Shown in pieces: positions 1 to 8,385 of a DNA stretch of 63,199 nt. The number at the start of each line of letters is the position of its first letter. The first letter of the stretch is position 1. Origin of the DNA: Candidatus Uhrbacteria bacterium (GTDB lineage Bacteria; Patescibacteriota; Patescibacteriia; UBA9934; GWF2-40-263); NCBI GenBank assembly GCA_016219925.1, contig JACRJU010000001.1, positions 1 to 63,199 on the forward strand, in the 5' to 3' direction. The translations under genes were made by a program, and so were the position numbers. Below the pieces are notes generated by a model that saw nothing but the letters and a program-made list of their open reading frames with translations, was not told the origin of the DNA and ran no database searches.

Positions 1-129
1 TCGCTCTGTTCTGAATCGTGCTCGTGGTTGTCGGACTCCTGAATCACTCATTCACTGGATTACGGCCTTTCTCTGGTTCCATCCGACAGTGAAATGTCGA
101 CCAAAGTTACCAACAGAAATTAAGCGTTA

Positions 130-597
130 ATGCCGCATATGGAACCTCCTTGTCTTTTTTGTGAAATCGTCGCAAACCGCATAAAGAGTCACCGGGTCTG
201 GGAAGATGAAAACTACCTGGCTTTTCTTACTATTTTTCCAAACACCGAAGGGGTAACGGTTGTGATCGCAAAAAAACATTACTCCAGCAATGTTTTTGAT
301 CTCCCCGAGAATATCCGTCAGGGTTTGATCACAGCCGCAGGCATCGTTGCAAAAAAAATACAAGGATCCTTTGATGATGTTGGCCGGACAGGAATCATCT
401 TCGAAGGTTTCGGGGTTGATCACATCCACGCAAAATTGTTTCCCATGCATGGAACTCGAATGGAACAGTGGAAACCAATCAAATCAAATATCAAAACCTT
501 TTTCTCCACCTATCCCGGGTATCTCTCCTCTCATGATGGAGAACGCGCGGACGATGCTCATTTGGCTGATATCGCAAAACGCATTCGCGAAAATTGA
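130..597 (+). CDS. HIT (histidine triad) family protein
   Basis: 155-aa ORF. It has an N-terminal CLFCEIV motif and a YLAFLTIFPNTEGVTVVIAKKH core typical of Hint-like proteins. The triad region reads DHIHAKLFP, with the third His replaced by Lys. Confidence 0.8.
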   Translation: MPHMEPPCLFCEIVANRIKSHRVWEDENYLAFLTIFPNTEGVTVVIAKKHYSSNVFDLPENIRQGLITAAGIVAKKIQGSFDDVGRTGIIFEGFGVDHIHAKLFPMHGTRMEQWKPIKSNIKTFFSTYPGYLSSHDGERADDAHLADIAKRIREN

Positions 598-598
598 G

Positions 599-624
599 AA
601 AAAAAGACGAGTGGGAAGCTCGTC
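599..624 (-). terminator. intrinsic terminator downstream of the AsnRS-like gene
   Basis: Stem gacgag/ctcgtc (606-611/619-624) with a 7-nt loop. On the minus strand it is followed by a T7 run (plus-strand A run 599-605). It lies between convergent genes. Confidence 0.5.
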
Positions 625-640
625 AGAAGTGTGGGGATCC

Positions 641-1975
641 TTAGGGGCGGACCGGACGGTGAAACACGCGCGGAAAGGGAATCGTATCCCGAACATGAGA
701 GACCCCCAGAAGCCAGCGAATGAACCGTTCGAGACCCATTCCGAAAGCGGCGTGAGGGATCATCCCGTGTTCGCGAAGCTCGCGAATCCAAGCGTAACGA
801 ACGTCGCCAGACTTTCCTTTTTCTTGCATTCGCACGTCAAGCTCTTGAAGATCGATAATCTTCTCGGCTGTACCAAGGAGTTCTCCGAATCCTTCAGGAC
901 AGATCAAATCCGCCGTCCGCGTGAGATCCGAGTCGTGCGGATCGACCACATACGGAAACGGCTCGATCAGTCGAGGGTTGCCTACAATCCAGAAGGGTCC
1001 CTTGAATTCCCGAGAGAGTTCAAGTTCTCCTTGCCCGCTGATCCCCTCGCCGAATTTGATAGGGTTCCCTCTGTGTTGGAGAAATGCCACAGCTTCCCGA
1101 TAGCCGATCTGCTCAAAGGGAGGTTCGCTCGCCTTGCAAGCAAATACCGTTCCCAGAAGTTGAGCAACGCGCTCCCCCTCTTCGCGACAGGTCTGCACGG
1201 TGGAGCGGACCAAATCTTCTGTGACTACCATGATTCCAGGCAAGTCGACATCGGGATATTCTGCCTTGACGTGCCAGTATTCCATCAAATGCCGATTACT
1301 CCTGGAACGCTCCCCTCGAAAACTGGGACCCATATTGTACACGGGGCCCAGCGCATGAACAGCGGCCTCCATGTAGTAGCCCACGCACTGCGTGAGAAAG
1401 ACGGGGCTCTGATCGGGGGCGTCACTTGGCAGGGTGAAAGAGATCGCGGTTCGATCCTCGTAGAGAGGCACTGGCGTCAACACGGGAGCGGTGAACTCCA
1501 TGACGCCGTGGTCATCGAACCACCGTCGCATCGCACGCATCGCAGAGACCCTGAAGGTCATAATGGCCGCGACCTTCGGATGGCGCAGATACAGGTGCCT
1601 ATTTGCCAAGACATGATCGGCATGCACCTGACCAAGCACGTCGAAATCTCCCCTTAACGCAGGCTGAATGACCCCCGTTGCCGCGTTAACGATTTCAACA
1701 TGCGAAGCATGAAGTTCCTCACGATGCTTGCGCGTAACCAGCTGGATCCGACCGCGAACTCGAACGGCCGACTCCACGGGGAGGTGTTTGAACGTCTCCA
1801 GCGTCCCCCCGCCAGTTTCGGATGTGATCACGGTTTGGAGCGTCCGTCCTCCGGTCAAAGCCAGATCCCAAAACAGGATGTTCTTGTGGATCCGTCGAGC
1901 TTGCACCCATCCGAGCAACGCGACTTCAGTCGCCGAAGAGACTCGGAGGCTGGGTTGAGGACTCAAAAAAGACAT
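641..1975 (-). CDS. divergent class IIb aminoacyl-tRNA synthetase paralog (AsnRS/AspRS-like)
   Basis: Motif 2-like FRGERSRSNRHLMEYWHVKAE and motif 3 GMGLERFIRWLLG...IPFPR are present. The substrate-pocket motif QSxQ is replaced by TQCVGYYME. Start placed at MSFLSPQ (1975), preceded by GAGGTG; the ORF is open up to 2041. GC-rich, with a long antisense shadow ORF. Confidence 0.75.
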   Translation of the reverse strand: MSFLSPQPSLRVSSATEVALLGWVQARRIHKNILFWDLALTGGRTLQTVITSETGGGTLETFKHLPVESAVRVRGRIQLVTRKHREELHASHVEIVNAATGVIQPALRGDFDVLGQVHADHVLANRHLYLRHPKVAAIMTFRVSAMRAMRRWFDDHGVMEFTAPVLTPVPLYEDRTAISFTLPSDAPDQSPVFLTQCVGYYMEAAVHALGPVYNMGPSFRGERSRSNRHLMEYWHVKAEYPDVDLPGIMVVTEDLVRSTVQTCREEGERVAQLLGTVFACKASEPPFEQIGYREAVAFLQHRGNPIKFGEGISGQGELELSREFKGPFWIVGNPRLIEPFPYVVDPHDSDLTRTADLICPEGFGELLGTAEKIIDLQELDVRMQEKGKSGDVRYAWIRELREHGMIPHAAFGMGLERFIRWLLGVSHVRDTIPFPRVFHRPVRP

Positions 1976-2075
1976 GAAACACCTCGTATTCTCTTGAGAG
2001 AATCCGTAGAGGATCTTTCCATGCTCCCTTTTTCCTGTCAATGTAAGAGAGCCAGAATCCTTTTAGGAGATTCAC

Positions 2076-3101
2076 ATGAATATTCCGCAAACAGCGTATC
2101 TCGCTTACGCCCAAGACTTTTCCCAAAAAGAGCGCAGTTGGCAAACCGCTCTCATGGAATGGTTGCCCGAATCCATCACGGACGTTCACGCTCATGCAAA
2201 TGCGCGTGAGCATGTTCTTAAAATGAGTTCCCGCACGCGTGGGCACATGCTGTCGACGTTTCCGTTCTTCTCCATCGAAGAATCACGGATAATTCGCACA
2301 CAGTTCTTTCCAAATATAAACAACCGTATTGTACGTTTTGCACAAGTCTTTGGCGGAGTAGACCATAAAGCCGCAAATGACTATCTTCTCAAACAGAGCG
2401 GCGTGAGAGATCGTGTTGCTCTCTATGGCTTACCTGACGACGAAACCTACACCATCAAAGAACTGCAGACACAACGCTATGTTGCGCTTAAGATGTATCC
2501 TTCCTACCAGGAACCTTCAGCCCAGACAATCTACGAATACTTCCGGCCTCCTCTATTAGAAGAGGCCCAATCTCTGGGCATACCGATCATTCTGCACCCT
2601 CCAAGAATCATCACCAATTGCATGGAAGATCTCTTGCGGGTCTTGCGAGATTTTCCAAGACTGAAAGTGGTGTTGGCTCACCTTGGCCTCACAAAAATGG
2701 TCGTCCCAGGACTCCGAGAGTGCTACCGCGAACTGTCTCATCACCAGAACCTATTCACCGATACCTCCATGGTTCCAGATGCGGATGTCGTCGCACTTGC
2801 AATCCAAGAGTTTGGGACACATCGCGTGTTGTTCGGTTCTGACGAACCGCTGTACTTGATCCGTGCTCGCGCCTATGAGCACCCAACCAAGGGGCAACGG
2901 CTGATTACCACCTATCCCTATCATTGGGTGGACCCACAAGAACAGCAGCAATACGGACATCTGGCCACAGGTGTGACACATGCCCTTTGGCCATGCCTGC
3001 AAGCTATCCGGGATGCCATCGGACGTTTGCCCAAATCAGAACAGTCCGACGCAAAAAGCGCTATCTTTAATGATAACGCTTCTGCCTGTTTCCCACTTTA
3101 G
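2076..3101 (+). CDS. metal-dependent amidohydrolase (Amidohydro_2-like TIM barrel)
   Basis: 341-aa ORF with an N-terminal DVHAHAN (HxH) motif and a C-terminal VLFGSDEP metal-ligand motif. Confidence 0.7.
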   Translation: MNIPQTAYLAYAQDFSQKERSWQTALMEWLPESITDVHAHANAREHVLKMSSRTRGHMLSTFPFFSIEESRIIRTQFFPNINNRIVRFAQVFGGVDHKAANDYLLKQSGVRDRVALYGLPDDETYTIKELQTQRYVALKMYPSYQEPSAQTIYEYFRPPLLEEAQSLGIPIILHPPRIITNCMEDLLRVLRDFPRLKVVLAHLGLTKMVVPGLRECYRELSHHQNLFTDTSMVPDADVVALAIQEFGTHRVLFGSDEPLYLIRARAYEHPTKGQRLITTYPYHWVDPQEQQQYGHLATGVTHALWPCLQAIRDAIGRLPKSEQSDAKSAIFNDNASACFPL

Positions 3102-3121
3102 GACCGTAAGGTCCTTTTTTA
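3100..3121 (+). terminator. intrinsic terminator after the amidohydrolase gene
   Basis: aggacc-gtaa-ggtcct hairpin (GNRA-type loop) followed by a T-run. It overlaps the amidohydrolase stop codon and the aspS stop. Confidence 0.65.
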
Positions 3122-4519
3122 TTTCCTCACTTGCAAATGTAAATCTTGCAGTGTTTGCGCGTCCAGTTCGGAAGGAGCATCCATGACGGAAGTGTTGCCT
3201 GAGCTTGTCATCGGGAACGCAACCACTTCACGAAGCGCACTCTCCCCCATCAAATTCATGATGTTACGTTCAACTCCAAGTGCGATTCCGCCGTGTGGGG
3301 GAGCGCCAAAGCGGAAGGCTTCAAGCATGTGCCCTACGGACTGTTGTGTCTCTTCGGGAGAGTAACCCATGGTGCGATACGTCGCTTCCAGCACTTCAGG
3401 CTGATGGGCGCGGATGCTCCCGCCGCCGGACTCGTATCCGTTGCAGACGAGGTCGTACTGCGTTGTTAGAATCTTCTCAATATTATTCCCGGCTAGATGA
3501 TCCGCCAAAAATTCTGGCTTGGGTTGAGAGAATGGATTATGAGTAAACGTCCATTTGCCGGTTTTAGTATCGCGCTCGAAGAACGGAAAATCCACAACCC
3601 AGGCGTAAGCCAGCACGCCGTGTTCTTTATCTTCTGGCGTCCGCAAATCAAACTTATCCGCACCGAATTTCTCCATGACTTCTTGATACGTAAAGCGCGG
3701 GAACGGTTTCTGCTTCACCGTGAACCCAAGCGATTCCGCCGCTTTGATCACCATTTCTTCAATCGTTTGTATCACATCCTCACGTTCAACAAAACTCATT
3801 TCGATATCAATTTGTGTGTGCTCAAAACCGCGATCCGCCCGAGGATCTTCGTCGCGCAAAGCCCGAGCTGTTTGAAAGTACCGCTCAAAGCCCGCCGTCA
3901 TAAGAAGCTGTTTGTACTGCTGGGGACTTTGTGGAAGAGCAAAAAATTGGCCGGGCTGGAGGCGAGACGGCACCACAAAATCTCGCGACCCTTCAGGAGT
4001 GGCTTTGGTCAATAGAGGTGTTTCGATCTCCACGAACCGTTTCTCATAAAGAAAATCGCGACAGGCCCGCACCCACGCGCTACGCGTACGGATCGCACGC
4101 TGAAGGCGCTCGGTGCGCAGATCAAGATAGCGATATTTCAAACGCAAAGCCTCAACCACGTTTGACGTATCTTGATCGATCTCAAACGGCGGCGTCAGGG
4201 CGCGATTGAACACTTCAAGCGCCTTCACCCCCACTTCAATTCGACCGGTCGGCATGTTGGGATTGATCTGTTTTTCTCCGCGCTCATTCACTTGTCCCTC
4301 AACGCCGATCACAAACTCCGGACGCAAGACGTCTACTTGTTCGCAGACTTCCGCCCCAAGTTCGGGTTTATAAAACACCACTTGCGCAATACCGGACCCA
4401 TCGCGCAAATCCACAAACACAAGCTTATCGCCCATGCGACGAATGCGGTGCACCCAGCCGCACAAATACACGGTCTGTCCTATCAAAGAAGGAGTCTGAT
4501 CTATCCATGTTCGAGTCAT
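3119..4519 (-). CDS. aspS: aspartyl-tRNA synthetase, bacterial type lacking the GAD insertion domain
   Basis: Contains LPQSPQQYKQ, GGGSIRAHQPE and PPHGGIALGVERNIMNL...VVAFPMT. Only 466 aa: the sequence runs directly from DKFDLRTPEDKEHG to WVVDFPFFE. Confidence 0.9.
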   Translation of the reverse strand: MTRTWIDQTPSLIGQTVYLCGWVHRIRRMGDKLVFVDLRDGSGIAQVVFYKPELGAEVCEQVDVLRPEFVIGVEGQVNERGEKQINPNMPTGRIEVGVKALEVFNRALTPPFEIDQDTSNVVEALRLKYRYLDLRTERLQRAIRTRSAWVRACRDFLYEKRFVEIETPLLTKATPEGSRDFVVPSRLQPGQFFALPQSPQQYKQLLMTAGFERYFQTARALRDEDPRADRGFEHTQIDIEMSFVEREDVIQTIEEMVIKAAESLGFTVKQKPFPRFTYQEVMEKFGADKFDLRTPEDKEHGVLAYAWVVDFPFFERDTKTGKWTFTHNPFSQPKPEFLADHLAGNNIEKILTTQYDLVCNGYESGGGSIRAHQPEVLEATYRTMGYSPEETQQSVGHMLEAFRFGAPPHGGIALGVERNIMNLMGESALREVVAFPMTSSGNTSVMDAPSELDAQTLQDLHLQVRK

Positions 4520-5745
4520 AGAGGGTTGATCGTAATAGAACCAATATATTCAAATGTTTGATAATCCGGATCTCGGTAATAACCGATGGAGCGACCGAGC
4601 GGCTGAACGCGACGCGTACCGCTATCAAGATAAATAACGTCGTCTTGCCGACGAATGACCATGCCGCTCTCAAACCAATCGAGCAAAGCGCCTTGGGAAA
4701 CCATATCCGCGTTCGCTCTTTGCTCGTGACCTTTTGGCATGATCCATACCGCGCTTCCTTCAATGCCGTAGGCGAACGTTTCTCCGTCTGGCGAAATCGC
4801 AATCGGCTCGAGCGCGAACGAATCATCTTGAAAAACGCGCGTCGCTGAATCATGAGCAAGATCAATTTTATACAAGGTGGTTGGCGCGCCTGGGCTCATG
4901 CCCCCCATCTCGTTTGTGGGATCGTCCACAAGCGCCATTTGGGAAACATACAGAAGCGCTCGATCTGGATCTAAAGTCGTGAAATACGCATGCGGGGTTT
5001 TCGTATCCGCTTCAAGAGCATGAAGCGATACGACTTCTACGACATCGCCGTTTTGTGTAAACAGCTTCCACAGGCGTGGGGCGATAGACCCTTCTCCGGA
5101 AAAAACAGCTGTGAGATAAATCACGGATCCGTCATTGGTGATCGCTGTGGGTTGAAGTTCTCCGGCGTCCAACGCCAATTTTTTATCATCCACGCGAAAA
5201 GTCTGTTGTGTGTCCTGCTCACGATCCCACAAAACAATTGTCCCCGATTTCTGGCTCGCCTCTCCATCGTACACAGAGGCGTAAGCGAGCTCAAATCGGC
5301 CGTTTTTCGAACGCATGCTCCCCCATATTTCAGGAATCTCCTGTACCACGCCATCAAGACTCACGATAGCGGCTCCATTTTTTGAATAGCGATGCACGAG
5401 AAGATCCTCTCCAAAAATAGAAGCGAACACTCCGCCACGTGTACTTTCTGACAAGATCGTGGAAATCACGTGCGGTTCCGACTCGCCAATTTTCCACGCA
5501 TAAAGAGTCGTCTCGTTCACATCATCGTTCGCCCACTCTTGCGAGCCGTAATCCTTCACACGGCCCATTTGATAAATCAGATACGTCCCGGGGTCTCTTT
5601 TCTTTTCTGAAGCCGTCGCGTCCTCAAGCGAAATGGGTTTGATGAATGTAGGCGCATGAAACGATTGCCAGATGAAAAAGGCCACGCCTGCGCTTACTAC
5701 GGCGATCACGAGAAACCCCATCGCTTTTAAAAACTTTATCATCAT
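4516..5745 (-). CDS. hypothetical membrane-anchored protein with beta-propeller-like repeats
   Basis: 409 aa with an N-terminal TM helix (FLVIAVVSAGVAFFIW) and recurring SPDG/TNDGS-type turns. Its stop overlaps the aspS start (ATGA) and it starts 1 nt after the asnS stop. Confidence 0.6.
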   Translation of the reverse strand: MMIKFLKAMGFLVIAVVSAGVAFFIWQSFHAPTFIKPISLEDATASEKKRDPGTYLIYQMGRVKDYGSQEWANDDVNETTLYAWKIGESEPHVISTILSESTRGGVFASIFGEDLLVHRYSKNGAAIVSLDGVVQEIPEIWGSMRSKNGRFELAYASVYDGEASQKSGTIVLWDREQDTQQTFRVDDKKLALDAGELQPTAITNDGSVIYLTAVFSGEGSIAPRLWKLFTQNGDVVEVVSLHALEADTKTPHAYFTTLDPDRALLYVSQMALVDDPTNEMGGMSPGAPTTLYKIDLAHDSATRVFQDDSFALEPIAISPDGETFAYGIEGSAVWIMPKGHEQRANADMVSQGALLDWFESGMVIRRQDDVIYLDSGTRRVQPLGRSIGYYRDPDYQTFEYIGSITINPL

Positions 5746-5746
5746 A

Positions 5747-7099
5747 TCAGGGATTTAATCGATGCATCATGCGTGGAAATGGAATCGTCTCTCGAACGTG
5801 GTGCAAGCCGCACACCCAAGCGACGATGCGCTCGAGTCCATACCCGAAGCCAGAGTGTGGAACCGACCCGTATCGGCGTAAATCCAAATACCATTCAAAT
5901 GGCTCAAGCGGGAGATGATGCTCTCTCATGCGCTCGATAATCACAGACAAATCGTCCTCACGCTGGGAACCTCCGATGATCTCCCCATAACCCTCCGGCG
6001 CAAGCACATCGTTGTTGAGCACACGATCCGGTTCACGGGGATCGCGCTTCATATAAAACGCTTTCACTTCCGCCGGGTACTTCTCGAGAAAAATCGGCCG
6101 GTCATACTGCTCTGTCAAAAGCGTTTCGTCATCAGCTCCCAAATCATCACGTTCGCCGATGTCTGATCCGAGCGCGCGTAACGCAACGACGGCCTGCGCA
6201 TGGGTCAAATGGACAAACGGCGCTTGGACTTTTTTAAGCGGCTCGATATCACGCTCCAAAACCTTGAGCTCGTACGCATTTTTCTCAAGCACGTCTTTTA
6301 CGATTCGGACAATCAAGCCTTCTTGAATCTGCATATTGCCTTCGTGTTCCACAAAAGCGGCCTCGGCATCCATCATCCAAAACTCGGTGAGGTGTCGGCG
6401 GGTTTTTGATTTCTCCGCGCGAAAGACCGGGCCGAAATCAAAACAACGTCCAAAAGACATGATCCCAGCCTCCAAATAAAGCTGGCCGGATTGCGCGAGA
6501 TAGGCCTTGGTTCCCCCATCTTCTCCCTCTCCAAAATAATCCATCTCGAACAATTCCGTCGTACCTTCGCAAGACGTGGGTGTGAGAATGGGCGTATCAA
6601 ATTTGATAAAACCGTTCTCGTTGAAATAGGCGTAAGTCGCGTTGATGATCGTGTTGCGCACGCGCTGGATAGCCCACTGGCTTTCTGCACGCAACCACAA
6701 GTGCCGCTGATCAAGCAGGAAATCTGGACCATGGTCTTTCTTGCCGATCGGATAATCCTCCTGCGCAAGCTGGATCATTTCAAATGTCATCCCCTCCAGT
6801 TCAAAGCCGGTGGGGGAACGATCGTCCTGCTTCACGCGTCCACGCACACGCACGGATGATTCCAGTCGAAGCGACTGAAGGGCCTCCCATTGAACCTGAT
6901 CCATTTCGCCTTTTGAATACACAACTTGCACTTTGCCGGATCCATCACGCAACTGTAAAAAGAAAATTTTTCCGCTGGAACGGAAATTATATGCCCATCC
7001 TTTAAGTTCTACCTCTTCTCCGACGTGCGGAGCGATCGAAGCGATTGTAATCATAGGCGGGACCGTGAGGTTGGTCTGTCTCCGGGCCAACGGACTCAT
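5747..7099 (-). CDS. asnS: asparaginyl-tRNA synthetase
   Basis: Contains LAQSGQLYLEAG, FRAEKSKTRRHLTEFWMMDAE, APEGYGEIIGGSQRE and FGYGLERIVAW...IPFPR. Start at 7099 is preceded by GGAGGG. A start at 7054 (MITIASI) matches homolog N-termini, and the ORF is open to 7180. Confidence 0.9.
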   Translation of the reverse strand: MSPLARRQTNLTVPPMITIASIAPHVGEEVELKGWAYNFRSSGKIFFLQLRDGSGKVQVVYSKGEMDQVQWEALQSLRLESSVRVRGRVKQDDRSPTGFELEGMTFEMIQLAQEDYPIGKKDHGPDFLLDQRHLWLRAESQWAIQRVRNTIINATYAYFNENGFIKFDTPILTPTSCEGTTELFEMDYFGEGEDGGTKAYLAQSGQLYLEAGIMSFGRCFDFGPVFRAEKSKTRRHLTEFWMMDAEAAFVEHEGNMQIQEGLIVRIVKDVLEKNAYELKVLERDIEPLKKVQAPFVHLTHAQAVVALRALGSDIGERDDLGADDETLLTEQYDRPIFLEKYPAEVKAFYMKRDPREPDRVLNNDVLAPEGYGEIIGGSQREDDLSVIIERMREHHLPLEPFEWYLDLRRYGSVPHSGFGYGLERIVAWVCGLHHVRETIPFPRMMHRLNP

Positions 7100-7210
7100 C
7101 GCCGTTGTTCCCTCCGACAGACCAACCTCACAGTCATCTGAATCAGACGGCCTCTCTATCTTCCCTAAAGCCAAAGGCATTGAACTTGACTTTAGCGTAT
7201 TTCCGCCTCG

Positions 7211-7966
7211 CTAGGCAAGGGATGGGCTGATACAGGCGGCGCGAATGGAAACCGAGGGAATAACAGGAAAATGGCAAATGAGATACGACTCCAACACCTC
7301 GTGAAACCATACGATCTGTTCAGCCGCAAGCGTCGGACGCGTTTGATTTGAAAACGACTCTTGAGAGGCGAAGCGCAAAAGTTTGAGGGTGGCATCATCT
7401 ATGCGGCGCGCGCTGAACCACTGTTCCTGATCGCGCACAACGCACGAAGCACAGACCACCCCGCCCTTGAGTGCGTGCCAATAAAAATTTCCAGCCGCGA
7501 TCGCTTCCCGACAAGATAAACACTGCGTTAACTCCGGCCGATACCCACTGATTGCCATAAGCTTGAGCAAAAATGAACCAAGAAGAAACGCGCTTCGCTC
7601 GTCGCTTGGCGATGCGCTCGTTTCGATAAAATCGAGCCAAGAAAGAATGAGCTTATACAAAATAGGATCGCGTTCATGCGGGCGAGTGGCAAGATCAACA
7701 AGGGAGAGGCTGTTTTGCGCGAGCAGAAGTTTTTGAAGATCGTTGAAAATGTGCGGGAACGATCGGCGCCGTTCAACTCCGGCAACGGTTTGAAAAACCC
7801 GTCCTGAAACGAGGAGAAGTTCAACCTCGGCCACGGCCTCCAAATGAGGCGTGAGTTTCGCAAGTGGCTTGTGGCCGCCGCGCGCCAAAAATTCGATCTT
7901 ACCGTGTGTGGGCGTCAGAACCGAATAAAAACGATCGGCTTCGCGAAAGTCGCGCCGTGAGAGCAC
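7211..7966 (-). CDS. recO: DNA repair protein RecO
   Basis: LSRRDFREADRFYSVLTPTHGKIEFLARGGHKPLAKL matches the RecO OB-fold N-terminus, and a Cys-rich Zn motif (CLSC...CASC) is present. The first canonical start is GTG at 7966, but RecO-like residues (TLYSTTGL) continue upstream in frame. Confidence 0.85.
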   Translation of the reverse strand: MLSRRDFREADRFYSVLTPTHGKIEFLARGGHKPLAKLTPHLEAVAEVELLLVSGRVFQTVAGVERRRSFPHIFNDLQKLLLAQNSLSLVDLATRPHERDPILYKLILSWLDFIETSASPSDERSAFLLGSFLLKLMAISGYRPELTQCLSCREAIAAGNFYWHALKGGVVCASCVVRDQEQWFSARRIDDATLKLLRFASQESFSNQTRPTLAAEQIVWFHEVLESYLICHFPVIPSVSIRAACISPSLA

Positions 7967-7992
7967 GAGACCAGTTGTGGAATATAAAGTCG

Positions 7993-8385
7993 CTATAGGT
8001 GATCGATATAACTTTGCACAATCAGCATGGCGGCGAGCGCATCTTCTTGCGCTGGTGATCCTTCTTCGCGTTGCAAGCGGATGCTTTCGGAGGTGGTATA
8101 GGATTCGTCTTCTTCAACGACAGGAATGGATACCGCGCTTGAAAGCGCTTTGATGAACGCGCGGGTCTTTTCAAGTTGTACGGAAGAATAAGGCCCCCCG
8201 GTCGCAAGCGGAACACCAACAACGATTACATCAATGTCTTCAACGCTCGCACGCTTGACGAATATCCGGATCGTCTCTTCGCCCGCATTGGGAACCACCT
8301 CAAGCGGTACAGCCACATGCGCCTCGCTATCCCCAAACGCGAGCCCAATTTTTTTATCGCCAAAATCAATGCCGAGGATGCGCAT
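7993..8385 (-). CDS. ruvX: Holliday junction resolvase-like protein RuvX/YqgF
   Basis: MRILGIDFGDKKIGLAFGD N-terminus; 130 aa. Confidence 0.9.
   Translation of the reverse strand: MRILGIDFGDKKIGLAFGDSEAHVAVPLEVVPNAGEETIRIFVKRASVEDIDVIVVGVPLATGGPYSSVQLEKTRAFIKALSSAVSIPVVEEDESYTTSESIRLQREEGSPAQEDALAAMLIVQSYIDHL

Noticed and set aside
1-126. Open plus-strand frame from the window edge to a TAA at 124-126
   Set aside because: Only 41 codons are visible and there is no recognisable motif. It could be the 3' end of a truncated upstream gene, but the support is insufficient.
347-1657. 436-aa plus-strand ORF
   Set aside because: It is an antisense shadow ORF of the GC-rich AsnRS-like gene and overlaps the HIT gene. 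It has Arg/Pro/Gly-rich composition and no motifs.
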